Shown here: piece by piece, positions 1-9,412 of the stretch
Layout of the letters: each line of letters opens with the position of its first letter
How positions within the stretch are numbered: position 1 is the first letter of the stretch
Origin: a virus
Taxonomy: Duplodnaviria; Caudoviricetes
Virus record (IMG/VR): IMGVR_UViG_3300025078_000002
Location: 1 to 64,000 of that record
Length of the DNA stretch: 64,000 bases
Reading direction: 5' to 3' (one strand)
Position numbers and translations under genes: made by a program
Notes under the pieces: generated by a model
Databases searched by the model: none
Told to the model about the DNA's origin: nothing
The model's input: only the letters and a program-made list of their open reading frames with translations

Positions 1-1
1 A

Positions 2-601
2 TCAGAGGTTGTCGACAAATATAGCAAAATGGAGCTTGGAAAGCTTATTATTAAAGAATACCCGACAGGGTCAGCCTCTGTTATGACTTTAAGAAATCAT
101 ATTGAAAAGCTAACGTTAAAAGGTTTTAAACCAAGCCTTGTAACAGTTGATTACGCTGATGTAATGAAATCTTCTAAAGCGTATGATTCTTTAAGACACG
201 AGTTAAAGTTAATATATACAGAATTAAGAAATCTTGCTGTTGAACTACAAATACCAATTTGGACAGCATCACAGGCCAACAAGGATTCTTCGAAAGCTGA
301 CGTTGTTGGACTTGAGAATTTAGGCGAATCATATGCTAAAGCACAAGTTGCTGATGTAGTGTTGTCAATAAGTAGAAAGCCCATGGAAAAGTCAACAGGA
401 AGTGGGAGAATTTTTGTAGCAAAGAATCGAGCTGGTCGTGATGGATTATTATTTCCTATAAACATAGATACAGCAAAATCAAAGTTTGAAATATTAGATG
501 ACACTGAAATGTCACTCAATGAAGTAGTAACGCAAGATAACAATTCAATGAAAGAAAAGCTTAGAGAAAAGTGGAAAGAAGTTAATAAAAAAGATGATTA
601 A
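2..601 (+). CDS. dnaB: Replicative DNA helicase (DnaB/T4 gp41-like), C-terminal part; runs off the window start
   Basis: Frame is open from position 2. Motifs LVTVDYADVM (Walker B region), LRNLAVELQIPIWTASQ, ESYAKAQVADVV and KNRAGRDG (arginine finger). Confidence 0.9.
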   Translation, partial: SEVVDKYSKMELGKLIIKEYPTGSASVMTLRNHIEKLTLKGFKPSLVTVDYADVMKSSKAYDSLRHELKLIYTELRNLAVELQIPIWTASQANKDSSKADVVGLENLGESYAKAQVADVVLSISRKPMEKSTGSGRIFVAKNRAGRDGLLFPINIDTAKSKFEILDDTEMSLNEVVTQDNNSMKEKLREKWKEVNKKDD

Positions 602-1067
602 GATTTACTGTAATGAAAAATTAGATGAAGTGTTAGATGACAACGATGTTGAAGATTATGTTCCTGCTTACGGCGGCGAAAGTGCGGGATTAGACCTTTA
701 CAACGCAGGAGAAAACATTTCGGTGATGCCTTCATCTTCTGATCCTAAAGGTGTAATGATAAGCACTGGTCTACATGTTTTTACGCCAAAAGGATACGTT
801 TCTCTAATAAAAGAGAGAGGATCTATTACAAAGACACCGCTAAAGTATAGAGCAGGAGTAGTTGATGAAGGATATACAGGAGAAATATTTGTTAATCTTG
901 TAAACATTAGTAATGAAGAGTATATTATTAAAAAAGGTCAGAAACTTCCTGTGCAAATTATAGTTGTTAAATGTGATAATGAGTATTCTGAAATTGGAGA
1001 AAAAGAATACTTAACCCTATCCAAATTTTCTAAGAGAAGCACCGGAAAAGTAGGAAGTTCAGATTGA
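594..1067 (+). CDS. dut: Trimeric dUTPase
   Basis: Motifs SAGLDL, LIKERGS, AGVVDEGYTGEI, Q and RSTGKVGSS match dUTPase motifs 1-5. Confidence 0.9.
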   Translation: MIKIYCNEKLDEVLDDNDVEDYVPAYGGESAGLDLYNAGENISVMPSSSDPKGVMISTGLHVFTPKGYVSLIKERGSITKTPLKYRAGVVDEGYTGEIFVNLVNISNEEYIIKKGQKLPVQIIVVKCDNEYSEIGEKEYLTLSKFSKRSTGKVGSSD

Positions 1068-1084
1068 CAGTAATAAGGAGGAAC

Positions 1085-3502
1085 ATGAAAGTTATAGAAA
1101 AAAATACAGTTAAACAGAAAACAATAGAATATTTTGATAATGATGAATTAGCTGTAAACGTATGGATGTCAAAGTATGCGTTAAAAGATAAACGTGGCTG
1201 TTTTTTAGAGGAGACGCCTGATGATATGCATGTAAGGCTTGCAACAGAATTTGCAAGAATAGAGGACAAGTTCAAGACAAATGCAATGTCTAAAAAAGAG
1301 ATTTATGATTACTTAAAAAACTTTAAATATATCGTCCCGCAAGGTTCACCAATGTCGGGAATTGGTAATGATTATATGAATATTTCATTATCAAACTGTG
1401 TTGTTGTAGAATCGCCAAAAGACACAGTATCATCTATAATGAATAGCGGCAAAGATCTTGCAAATCTATTTAAACGAAGATGTGGCGCAGGGCTAGACAT
1501 AAGTGAATTACGGCCTGAAGGTGCATATGTGAACAATTCAGCAATAACAACTTCTGGTGCTTGGAGTTTTGCTGATTATTTTAGTAATGTGTGCAGAATG
1601 ATTGGTCAAAACGGACGTCGTGGTGCACTTATGATATCTATGGATATTAGACATCCTGATATTGAAAAGTTTGTCGTTATGAAAAACGATTTAACAAAAG
1701 TGACTGGCGCAAATGTATCTGTTAAAATAACAGATGAGTTTATGGAAGCTGTTGATAATGATAAAGACTTTAGACTGCATTTCCCAATCGGTTCAGAAAG
1801 CCCTGAATATGAAAAAGTTATTAAAGCTAAAGACTTATGGGATTTAATAGTTAACTCAGCAACAACAACTGCAGAGCCTGGTTTACTTATGTGGGACAAT
1901 ATAACAAAAATGTTGCCTGCTGAGTGTTACAAAGATGTAGGATTTAAAACTGTATGTACAAATCCATGTGCAGAGATACCTTTGTCTTCATATGATAGCT
2001 GTAGATTAATATCTATAAATCTTAAGCATATGGTAGAAAACCCATTTACAGAAAATGCAATATTTGACTTTGAGAAACTTAAAGAAGTTTCTCGTGTAGC
2101 AATGAGATTATCTGACGACTTGGTAGAGTTAGAAATAGAAAAGTTAGAGAGCATTCTCAATGTATCAGATACTGACGATGAGAAAGAAATGTGGGAAAAA
2201 CTTTTAGTTGCTTGTAAGAATGGTAGAAGAACTGGGTTAGGAACACATGGATTAGCTGATGTCTTGTCTAGATTAAACTTACCATATGATGATGAAAATG
2301 CAATAGAAGTAACAGCAAATATTTATAGGATTTTAAAAGAATCAGCATATGGCGAGAGTGTTTTACTTTCAAAAGAAAGAGGATCATTTCCAGTCTATAA
2401 CTTTGAAAAAGAAATAGATCATCCTTATTTAAGTCAACTTCCAGATGAGATGTTAAAAGAAATGTCTGTGTATGGAAGAAGAAACATTTCAATATTAACT
2501 AATGCGCCAACAGGCAGTGTATCAATACTATCACAGACTAGTTCAGGCTTAGAGCCTGTTTTTAGAAACTCTTACATACGAAGAAGAAAGTTTGGTGACG
2601 ATTCTAGTGAAAAAGTCGATTTTGTTGATGATTTAGGCGATAAGTGGCATGAATTTGAAGTCTTTCATCATAATGCTAAAGAGTGGAGACAGTTAAACCC
2701 AGGAAAAGATCTTCCTGCATTCTTTACAGAAAGTGATCAGATAAATTGGGAAAAAAGAGTTGAGATACAATCAAAAATCCAACAACACATTGATCACGCA
2801 ATAAGCTCAACTATCAATCTACCTTCAGATACAACGTCAGAAACAGTAAGTAAAATATATCTTGAGTCTTGGAAAAAAGGACTTAAAGGGGTAACAGTTT
2901 ACGTTGATGGTTCTAGATCTGGTGTATTAGTTACAAGTAGCGAAGATAAAGAGACGTTTCCTCAAACGCAAGCTCCAAAAAGACCTGAAACTTTGATTTG
3001 TGATATACACCATACAAAAGTTAGAGGAGAAAAATGGGTAATATTGATTGGGTTATTAGAGAACAAGCCATATGAAGTTTTTGGTGGTAAAGCTTCTTTT
3101 GTTGAAATCCCTAAGAAGATTAGTAAAGCAACATTAGTTAAGAGGACATTTAAAACAAAAATAAGTAAATATGATCTTTGTTTTGGAGATCAAGATGATC
3201 CTACAATCATTAAAGATGTAGTTAAGGCGTTTAACAATCCAAACAACTTAGCTTTTGCAAGAATGATATCACTTAGTTTAAGACACGGATCAAAAGTCAA
3301 GTTTATGGTTGAGCAGTTACAAAAAGATAAAAATAGCGACATGTTTAGCTTTAGCAAGTCTATTGCTAGAATTCTTAAGAACTATATCAAAGACGGAGAA
3401 GTTCCTACTGATAAGCAATGTGATGATTGTGGCGTAGAAGCTTTAGTATATCAAGACGGCTGTGTAATATGCAGTTCTTGTGGATATTCAAAATGTTCTT
3501 GA
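1085..3502 (+). CDS. nrdJ: Adenosylcobalamin-dependent (class II) ribonucleotide reductase with C-terminal Zn-ribbon, 805 aa
   Basis: SLSNCVV, TNPCAEI (thiyl Cys), GLGTHGL, NAPTGS, KGVTVY and terminal CxxC...CxxC. No NrdB in the window. ATG 1085 follows AAGGAG at 1075-1080. Confidence 0.88.
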   Translation: MKVIEKNTVKQKTIEYFDNDELAVNVWMSKYALKDKRGCFLEETPDDMHVRLATEFARIEDKFKTNAMSKKEIYDYLKNFKYIVPQGSPMSGIGNDYMNISLSNCVVVESPKDTVSSIMNSGKDLANLFKRRCGAGLDISELRPEGAYVNNSAITTSGAWSFADYFSNVCRMIGQNGRRGALMISMDIRHPDIEKFVVMKNDLTKVTGANVSVKITDEFMEAVDNDKDFRLHFPIGSESPEYEKVIKAKDLWDLIVNSATTTAEPGLLMWDNITKMLPAECYKDVGFKTVCTNPCAEIPLSSYDSCRLISINLKHMVENPFTENAIFDFEKLKEVSRVAMRLSDDLVELEIEKLESILNVSDTDDEKEMWEKLLVACKNGRRTGLGTHGLADVLSRLNLPYDDENAIEVTANIYRILKESAYGESVLLSKERGSFPVYNFEKEIDHPYLSQLPDEMLKEMSVYGRRNISILTNAPTGSVSILSQTSSGLEPVFRNSYIRRRKFGDDSSEKVDFVDDLGDKWHEFEVFHHNAKEWRQLNPGKDLPAFFTESDQINWEKRVEIQSKIQQHIDHAISSTINLPSDTTSETVSKIYLESWKKGLKGVTVYVDGSRSGVLVTSSEDKETFPQTQAPKRPETLICDIHHTKVRGEKWVILIGLLENKPYEVFGGKASFVEIPKKISKATLVKRTFKTKISKYDLCFGDQDDPTIIKDVVKAFNNPNNLAFARMISLSLRHGSKVKFMVEQLQKDKNSDMFSFSKSIARILKNYIKDGEVPTDKQCDDCGVEALVYQDGCVICSSCGYSKCS

Positions 3503-3536
3503 CATATTAAAACTAGAAATCAGGGTTTTAAAATCC

Positions 3537-3564
3537 TGTAAAGTTTATAACTATAAGTTATAAT
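3537..3564 (+). promoter_or_regulatory. Putative early/middle promoter TGTAAA-N16-TATAAT
   Basis: TGTAAA 3537-3542, 16 nt spacer, TATAAT 3559-3564. Intergenic, upstream of clpP; same geometry at other operon starts. Confidence 0.7.
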
Positions 3565-3588
3565 AATAAAAAAATAAGGAAGTATTTA

Positions 3589-4194
3589 ATGGTTAACTTT
3601 ATAACAGACGTGTCTCCGCTAATAAAAGAACTAGAGTTGCATCATGACCCTGTCATTATTACTGTAAATGAGTTTAATGAAGAGACAGCAAATGAGTTTA
3701 GTACGTTAATGAGTGCAGCACAAAACACAGGACAAAAAATAGTCCCAGTAGTTATTGATTCTTTTGGAGGTCAAGCTTATTCACTTTTGTCAATGATATC
3801 TTCGATTAAGTCTTCAAAGATTCCTGTAGCAACTATAGTTAAAGGAAAGGCGATGTCCTGCGGCGCGTTATTGGCTTCGTTTGGAGAAGACGGCCTAAGA
3901 TTTATGGATAGAGATGCAACAATGATGATTCATGACGTTTCGTCAATGGCTTTTGGCAAAGTTGAAGAGCTTAAATCAGATGCACGCGAAGCTGAAAGGC
4001 TTAATAAGAAAGTTTATACGATGATGGCAAGAAACTGCGGAAAATCTGATGATTACTTTATAAACTTAATACATGACAAGGGTCATGCTGATTGGTATCT
4101 TGACGCTGAAGATGCTAAAGAGCATAATATTGCGCAACACTTAAGAGTTCCTTCTTTGAAGGCAACTGTTACACTAAATATTGAGTTAGATTAA
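3589..4194 (+). CDS. clpP: ClpP-like serine protease subunit
   Basis: IDSFGG, GKAMSCG (Ser), MMIHDVSS (His) and DWYLDAEDAKE (Asp region). Confidence 0.85.
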   Translation: MVNFITDVSPLIKELELHHDPVIITVNEFNEETANEFSTLMSAAQNTGQKIVPVVIDSFGGQAYSLLSMISSIKSSKIPVATIVKGKAMSCGALLASFGEDGLRFMDRDATMMIHDVSSMAFGKVEELKSDAREAERLNKKVYTMMARNCGKSDDYFINLIHDKGHADWYLDAEDAKEHNIAQHLRVPSLKATVTLNIELD

Positions 4195-4224
4195 TATGTA
4201 CATTATCAAGAGAGGATTAACTTA

Positions 4225-5004
4225 ATGGAACAGTTTTCAACACTAAATAAAAACAAAGAGTATGTAACATTATTACAGCAAGAAGTAGGCGTTAAAGCGG
4301 ATGGTGTATATGGTCCTAACACACATAGGGCAGTTAGACAATACTACGGCATGCCTATTATGATGCATATGGGAAAAGTAGTTCCTATTGATTCTCCTTT
4401 GGAGATTGATTGGTCAGCACCTCTATATGAGCTTGATGATGGAACAAAAAACTGGTATAAAAGAAAATCAGACCCATCAACAATATGCGTTCACTGGGGA
4501 GGATTAAACACTAGACACTGCTATAACGTATTTAATCTTGCTAGAGGCAGACACGTTTCGTCTCACTTCTTAATTGGGCGAAATCATAAGACAGGTGAGT
4601 ATGAAATCTTACAGTGTTTAGATACAGGACTAGCTGCGTATCATGCTGGAAAGTTTAATAAATATTCTATTGGAATTGATATTTGTATGCATCCAGATGA
4701 CAAGTATTGGGAAAAAACTAAAGGTTGGTACCCAGATGCTGAACTTCAAGTATGCAAAATACCTGACTCTAGAGTTAGAGGTCGTAAACTTGTAATGATT
4801 GGCGATGAGTTTGCTGACGTTTGTCGACAATTTTTGCAATCTTTAAGAGAAGCAACTAATTTAGAAGACAAGCCTGTTTGCGAAAGCTTAGATGTTATGT
4901 CTGTAAAAGATGCAGCAGAATATAGTATAGTAGGTCACCACAACATTTCAGCAAAAAAATGGGATGTTATACCTTGGGCAGAAAAACTTTACTACTTCCT
5001 ATAG
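4225..5004 (+). CDS. N-acetylmuramoyl-L-alanine amidase (endolysin-like) with N-terminal peptidoglycan-binding repeat
   Basis: LLQQEVGVKADGVYGPNT (PG-binding), ICVHW, VSSHFLIG, AYHAGKFNKYSIGIDIC and IVGHHNI (Amidase_2-like). Confidence 0.8.
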   Translation: MEQFSTLNKNKEYVTLLQQEVGVKADGVYGPNTHRAVRQYYGMPIMMHMGKVVPIDSPLEIDWSAPLYELDDGTKNWYKRKSDPSTICVHWGGLNTRHCYNVFNLARGRHVSSHFLIGRNHKTGEYEILQCLDTGLAAYHAGKFNKYSIGIDICMHPDDKYWEKTKGWYPDAELQVCKIPDSRVRGRKLVMIGDEFADVCRQFLQSLREATNLEDKPVCESLDVMSVKDAAEYSIVGHHNISAKKWDVIPWAEKLYYFL

Positions 5005-5039
5005 ATAACATATATATAGATATTATCAGGAGAAAAGTT

Positions 5040-5489
5040 TTGAGTTATATATTAAGTTCTGCTTATTTAAAAAAAGAAATTATAACTACTACTAGTACTG
5101 TAAAGCAAGACCTAACAACATCTTTTGATGTAGTTGATGGTTCAACAATTGCTTATACTCCTGATGAAAAACATGGCACAGAAGTTATGTACGAATATAA
5201 TACAATATGGTCTTATAAAGATACTTCTTCAAAAATAATATTTAGACTAGTAGAATATAATACCGGCACTTCAACTTGGGATGAAATATCAGGATCTTAT
5301 GTAACAGTTAAGTCTACTAAAAGTGGAACTTCACAAATCAATTATAAGTATATTTTGCAAAAATGGACAGGTAGCAAGCAATTAAGAGTAGAATGTAAAG
5401 ATTCAACAACGAGTCTGGAAGGATATCTACATACAGATCATACTCAGACATTCTTGTTTGATCCGATTGTCGAATGTGTTACGATATAG
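5040..5489 (+). CDS. Beta-rich hypothetical protein, paralog A1 (possible tail/fibre-associated domain)
   Basis: TTG start after AGGAG at 5028-5032. Aligns with A2 (KQDLxTSFD, YEYNTxWSYKD, QLRxECKDSTTSLEGYLH). Confidence 0.75.
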   Translation: MSYILSSAYLKKEIITTTSTVKQDLTTSFDVVDGSTIAYTPDEKHGTEVMYEYNTIWSYKDTSSKIIFRLVEYNTGTSTWDEISGSYVTVKSTKSGTSQINYKYILQKWTGSKQLRVECKDSTTSLEGYLHTDHTQTFLFDPIVECVTI

Positions 5490-5502
5490 TTAGAGGAGCA
5501 TA

Positions 5503-5994
5503 ATGACTTACGTAATTAATAATAATTCAAATATTTATAATGTACAAGCACAAAAAGCTTCTTCAATAAGCACACAAACTGGAAGTTCTTCATATCAAGA
5601 CTTAGACACATCTGATATAACATATAACTGTGATGGTTCAGCGTCTAAAGTAATATATGAATATACAGCAAATTTTGTAAGAAGTGGTAGTTCAGGTGTT
5701 CTATTAGCAAAGTTAATGCAGTATAACACATCAACGTCAGCTTGGGAAATTGTTTCTGACTCGCATTATATAACATATGGATTTAGCGTAAATAATAGTT
5801 ATCCTAGAAATAATTATACATTTAAATATGTTATGGATGGATGGTCAGGTAGCAAGCAATTAAAAATGCAATGGAAAGTTATTTCTGGAGGTTTTATAGC
5901 TCATTGGTCTGAACAAATATTAAACTTTAGTAATGATGCTTTAGATACTTCATATAATATTAAACCTTTTCTTGTAGCGCATTCTATAAAATAA
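5503..5994 (+). CDS. Beta-rich hypothetical protein, paralog B1
   Basis: GAGGAG RBS. Aligns with B2 (QAQKASSISTQ, YQDLDxSDITYNCD, YEYTANFV, KPFLV). Confidence 0.75.
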   Translation: MTYVINNNSNIYNVQAQKASSISTQTGSSSYQDLDTSDITYNCDGSASKVIYEYTANFVRSGSSGVLLAKLMQYNTSTSAWEIVSDSHYITYGFSVNNSYPRNNYTFKYVMDGWSGSKQLKMQWKVISGGFIAHWSEQILNFSNDALDTSYNIKPFLVAHSIK

Positions 5995-6003
5995 GGAGTT
6001 ATA

Positions 6004-6456
6004 ATGTCATACAAGATTCATATTCAAGAAGGCAACATATCAAAAGTTAAAAATTCAACTGTTTCTAGCGTTACCAAACAAGTACCGAGTTTAACATATG
6101 AAACGCTTACAGGTTCTGAAATAACTTATACGCCAGAAGATAATTCGTCTTGGGTAGTATACGATGTTCAATTTACATGTCACAGTCGAACTTCTCAACA
6201 TGTAGCTATCTATTCTGTATTAACTTATGAAGACTCAGGTACAGAACATGCATTTGAGTACAGATTTACAGCCGACGGCTATAATGATGGTGGTTATCTT
6301 ATTAGATATAAGTTTTTAATACCTTCATATACAGGATCTAGAACTTGGAAACTTAAAACGCAGTATCATTACGGCGTTAATTGGTCTCAAGATTTACATG
6401 AAGATGAAGACGGGAATCAATATTTCCCTATTACGACAATGTACTCAATAACTTAA
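6004..6456 (+). CDS. Beta-rich hypothetical protein, paralog C1
   Basis: AAGGAG RBS. Aligns with C2 (TKQVP, GSEIxYxPE, FEYRFT, WSQDLHEDEDGNQYFPITTMYSI). Confidence 0.75.
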   Translation: MSYKIHIQEGNISKVKNSTVSSVTKQVPSLTYETLTGSEITYTPEDNSSWVVYDVQFTCHSRTSQHVAIYSVLTYEDSGTEHAFEYRFTADGYNDGGYLIRYKFLIPSYTGSRTWKLKTQYHYGVNWSQDLHEDEDGNQYFPITTMYSIT

Positions 6457-6479
6457 GTTGAACTAAATAAAGTTTGTAA

Positions 6480-6551
6480 GGACATCACAACATTTCAGCA
6501 AAGAAATGGGATGTTATACCTTGGGCAGAAAAACTTTATTATAATTTGTAG
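6480..6551 (+). pseudogene. Orphan copy of the last 23 codons plus stop of the amidase gene
   Basis: Encodes GHHNISAKKWDVIPWAEKLYYNL* versus ...LYYFL* at 4933-5004. No start codon or upstream amidase sequence. Confidence 0.85.
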
Positions 6552-6600
6552 ATATAATATATTGTAGATATATAAGTATATACGTTTGCAAGGAGTATCA

Positions 6601-7047
6601 ATGAGTTATATACTAGATTCAATATATCTTGATAAAAGTTTAACTATAACATCAACTTCTGACAAACAAGACTTATCAACTAGTTTTGATACAGTTATTG
6701 GATCAGAAATCACTTACACTCCTAACAACTTTGGGGTAAATGTTGTTTACGAATATAATACAGTTTGGTCTTATAAAGATAGCACATCAAAATTAATATT
6801 TAGATTAACTGAGTATAATGCAGGAACTTCTTCTTGGGATGTAATTGATGGTTCTTACGTGACGCTAAAATCATTAAAGAATGGCACAGGATTAATAAAC
6901 TACAAATATGCACAGCAAAAATGGGTAGGGAGTAAACAGTTAAGGTTGGAGTGTAAAGACTCTACAACTAGTTTGGAAGGTTATTTGCATTCAAACTGGT
7001 CACAAGATAAATATTATAATCCAAGCGTAGAATGCACAACTATTTAA
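6601..7047 (+). CDS. Beta-rich hypothetical protein, paralog A2
   Basis: ATG 6601 after AAGGAG; paralog of 5040-5489. Confidence 0.75.
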   Translation: MSYILDSIYLDKSLTITSTSDKQDLSTSFDTVIGSEITYTPNNFGVNVVYEYNTVWSYKDSTSKLIFRLTEYNAGTSSWDVIDGSYVTLKSLKNGTGLINYKYAQQKWVGSKQLRLECKDSTTSLEGYLHSNWSQDKYYNPSVECTTI

Positions 7048-7059
7048 AGGTTCACTAGA

Positions 7060-7548
7060 ATGTCTTATCTCATTAAAAACAAATCTAATGTTTCAAATGT
7101 ACAAGCTCAAAAAGCTTCTTCAATATCAACGCAAAGTGGTACTTCTAGTTATCAAGACTTAGATAGTTCTGATATTACTTATAACTGTGATAGTGCTGCT
7201 GTTAAAGTAGTTTATGAATACACAGCAAATTTTGTATATTCTGGATCAAGTGGCGTAGGTCAAGCGAAGCTAGTTCAATATAACACAGGAACATCAGCTT
7301 GGGAAGACGTAAGTAGCTCTCATTATGTTTCTTGGGGATTTTCAACAACTTCTAGTAATCCTAGATGTAATAATACTTTTAAGTTTGTAATTGATTCGTG
7401 GACGGGAAATAAACAGCTAAAATTACAATGGAAAGTAGTTTCTGGCGGATTGACAGCACACTCTTCGAACGGAATATTCGATTTAAGTAATACATTAGAC
7501 GCTTCTTATCTTATAAAACCTTTTCTAGTAATATATTCAATTAATTAA
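7060..7548 (+). CDS. Beta-rich hypothetical protein, paralog B2
   Basis: Paralog of 5503-5994. Confidence 0.75.
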   Translation: MSYLIKNKSNVSNVQAQKASSISTQSGTSSYQDLDSSDITYNCDSAAVKVVYEYTANFVYSGSSGVGQAKLVQYNTGTSAWEDVSSSHYVSWGFSTTSSNPRCNNTFKFVIDSWTGNKQLKLQWKVVSGGLTAHSSNGIFDLSNTLDASYLIKPFLVIYSIN

Positions 7549-7556
7549 GTGATACT

Positions 7557-8003
7557 ATGACAAACATAATACAAACAGATAGCATAACAAAAGTACAGAA
7601 TTCATTGGTTACAAGTGTTACAAAGCAAGTTCCAACACTTACATACACAGCTGTCACAGGTTCGGAAATCAGCTATGAACCAGAAAAAAATTCAACCTGG
7701 GTAGTATATGATATACAATTTACAATTCACAGTAGAGCTTCAGCACACGTAGGAATTTATGGTGCACTTGTATATGAAGATTCTGGTTCTGATGTTGCAT
7801 TTGAGTACAGATTTACAGGCGACGCGTATAATGATGGCGGGTATCTAATAAGGTATAAGTTTTTAATACCTTCATATACTGGAGAAAGAACTTGGAAGTT
7901 TATGTCTAAGTATCATTATGGTACTAATTGGTCTCAAGATTTACATGAAGACGAAGACGGGAATCAATATTTCCCTATTACGACAATGTACTCAATAATG
8001 TAA
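7557..8003 (+). CDS. Beta-rich hypothetical protein, paralog C2
   Basis: Paralog of 6004-6456. Confidence 0.75.
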   Translation: MTNIIQTDSITKVQNSLVTSVTKQVPTLTYTAVTGSEISYEPEKNSTWVVYDIQFTIHSRASAHVGIYGALVYEDSGSDVAFEYRFTGDAYNDGGYLIRYKFLIPSYTGERTWKFMSKYHYGTNWSQDLHEDEDGNQYFPITTMYSIM

Positions 8004-8010
8004 AATTAAG

Positions 8011-8038
8011 TGTAAAATTATTTTTTTTGTCATATAAT
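8011..8038 (+). promoter_or_regulatory. Putative promoter TGTAAA-N16-TATAAT upstream of thyX
   Basis: TGTAAA 8011-8016 and TATAAT 8033-8038. Confidence 0.7.
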
Positions 8039-8062
8039 CTTTATAACAAAGAAAGGATTCAT

Positions 8063-8764
8063 ATGGCAAATACACATTATCTTTATAACGATAATATAGG
8101 AAAAGTAGAACTAGTTCAAAGTATGGGAGCAGATATAACTGTTGTAAACTCAGCAAGAGTGTCTTTTGGCGTACAAAAAGACTTGTTAGATGAAAAAGAT
8201 AAGAAACTAATAAATTATCTTATTAAACATAAACATACTTCAACTTTAGAACACAATGTTGCAACTTTTAGAATTAAGGTGCCTTTGTTTGTTAGATCAC
8301 AACATCATAGACATAGAACTTGGTCTTATAATGAAGTAAGTAGACGATACACAGATGCAGATCTGCAGTTTTATATCCCTTCAAGTTACAGAACACAACA
8401 TAATTCAAATAGACAAGCTTCTAATTCTAATGATTTTATTAACCCACAAATGGATGTATATAATATTGAATTAGAAAGTAGACTGTGCAATGAAGCAGTA
8501 TCACATCATATTGACAACTCACTATTGCTCTTTGAAGATATGATTAAAAAAGGTGTTGCAAGAGAGCAAGCAAGAATGATTCTCCCCCAGAATCTATACA
8601 CAGAGTACTATGCTACAGCTAATCTAAATAACATATTAAAGTTTATTGAGTTAAGAACGCATGAAGGTGCACAATGGGAAATACAGCAGCTAGCTAATTC
8701 AATGTTAAATATAATAGAAGAAGTTTGGCCCGTGACTGTTTCTGCATATCGTTCTAAAAACTAG
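8063..8764 (+). CDS. thyX: Flavin-dependent thymidylate synthase
   Basis: VNSARVS, HTSTLEH, RHRTWSYNEVSRRY (canonical ThyX motif), AREQARMILPQ and HAQWEI-like segment. ATG 8063 after AAAGGA. Confidence 0.92.
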   Translation: MANTHYLYNDNIGKVELVQSMGADITVVNSARVSFGVQKDLLDEKDKKLINYLIKHKHTSTLEHNVATFRIKVPLFVRSQHHRHRTWSYNEVSRRYTDADLQFYIPSSYRTQHNSNRQASNSNDFINPQMDVYNIELESRLCNEAVSHHIDNSLLLFEDMIKKGVAREQARMILPQNLYTEYYATANLNNILKFIELRTHEGAQWEIQQLANSMLNIIEEVWPVTVSAYRSKN

Positions 8765-8806
8765 TTGTATTACCAGATAATTATTACATCTAACAGGAGT
8801 TAATCA

Positions 8807-9172
8807 ATGAAAAAGAATATATTACGAGAACGGCATAAAGATTTAGTCAATATGTTAGTAAGATGTAGAATTACTATAGAAGAAAGAGAAAATCCAACTG
8901 TGCTTGATATAATGACTGATATGAGAGCATTAAACGGTGTAGTAACTGTCAGACAAACAAGGCCACTTTCAGAGGTAATATCTACAGACAAGCATAGAAT
9001 AATTGAGCTAAATGTCTCTTATATACCGAAATTTGTTGAAACTAAAGGAAACATATTTCTTGAAGTTGCAAAATCACTAAAAAAAGTTGAAGGTGTTAAA
9101 ATTGTTAAAATTATGGAACACGACAACGATATAATCAATGGAAAATTACAAAATAAACCGCTTATTTTTTAA
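8807..9172 (+). CDS. Hypothetical protein (ILRE leader; possible small alpha/beta fold)
   Basis: CAGGAG RBS, 121 aa ORF, ATAATTA 23 nt upstream. Confidence 0.65.
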   Translation: MKKNILRERHKDLVNMLVRCRITIEERENPTVLDIMTDMRALNGVVTVRQTRPLSEVISTDKHRIIELNVSYIPKFVETKGNIFLEVAKSLKKVEGVKIVKIMEHDNDIINGKLQNKPLIF

Positions 9173-9181
9173 AGGAAAAAA

Positions 9182-9412
9182 ATGAAATTACACGATAATT
9201 CAATTGCACATATTGCTAAAATAATTCAAATGGCTATTTTATCAGGTACAGATATTGTAGATCACTTAAGAATGGTAAGATTCAGTCCTATCGAAGATGA
9301 CTTTCTTGTTATTGATGAGGAATATGAAGAGATATTTAATTCTTCGATTAATAAAATGATGAATAACATACCAGCGACAGAAGACAATATTGAGAATGAA
9401 AAACAAGACTGA
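9182..9412 (+). CDS. Hypothetical protein
   Basis: AAAGGA RBS; co-linear 76 aa ORF in the operon. Confidence 0.65.
   Translation: MKLHDNSIAHIAKIIQMAILSGTDIVDHLRMVRFSPIEDDFLVIDEEYEEIFNSSINKMMNNIPATEDNIENEKQD

Larger units (their letters stand above)
4933..8003 (+). repeat. Diverged tandem duplication, period 1547 bp (amidase 3' tail plus three-gene cassette A-B-C)
   Basis: 4933-5004 matches 6480-6551. 6379-6450 matches 7926-7997 with 1 mismatch in 72 bp, same 1547 offset. Protein pairs A1/A2, B1/B2 and C1/C2 align end to end. Confidence 0.9.

Noticed and set aside
1085-3502. Intein or intron in the ribonucleotide reductase
   Set aside because: Normal length and continuous motifs; no Hint signatures seen.
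3589-4194. ClpP as the protease that cuts the [LI]xE leaders
   Set aside because: Glu-specific head processing is known for gp21-type proteases, and this gene sits behind an early-type promoter. No evidence links it to the leaders.
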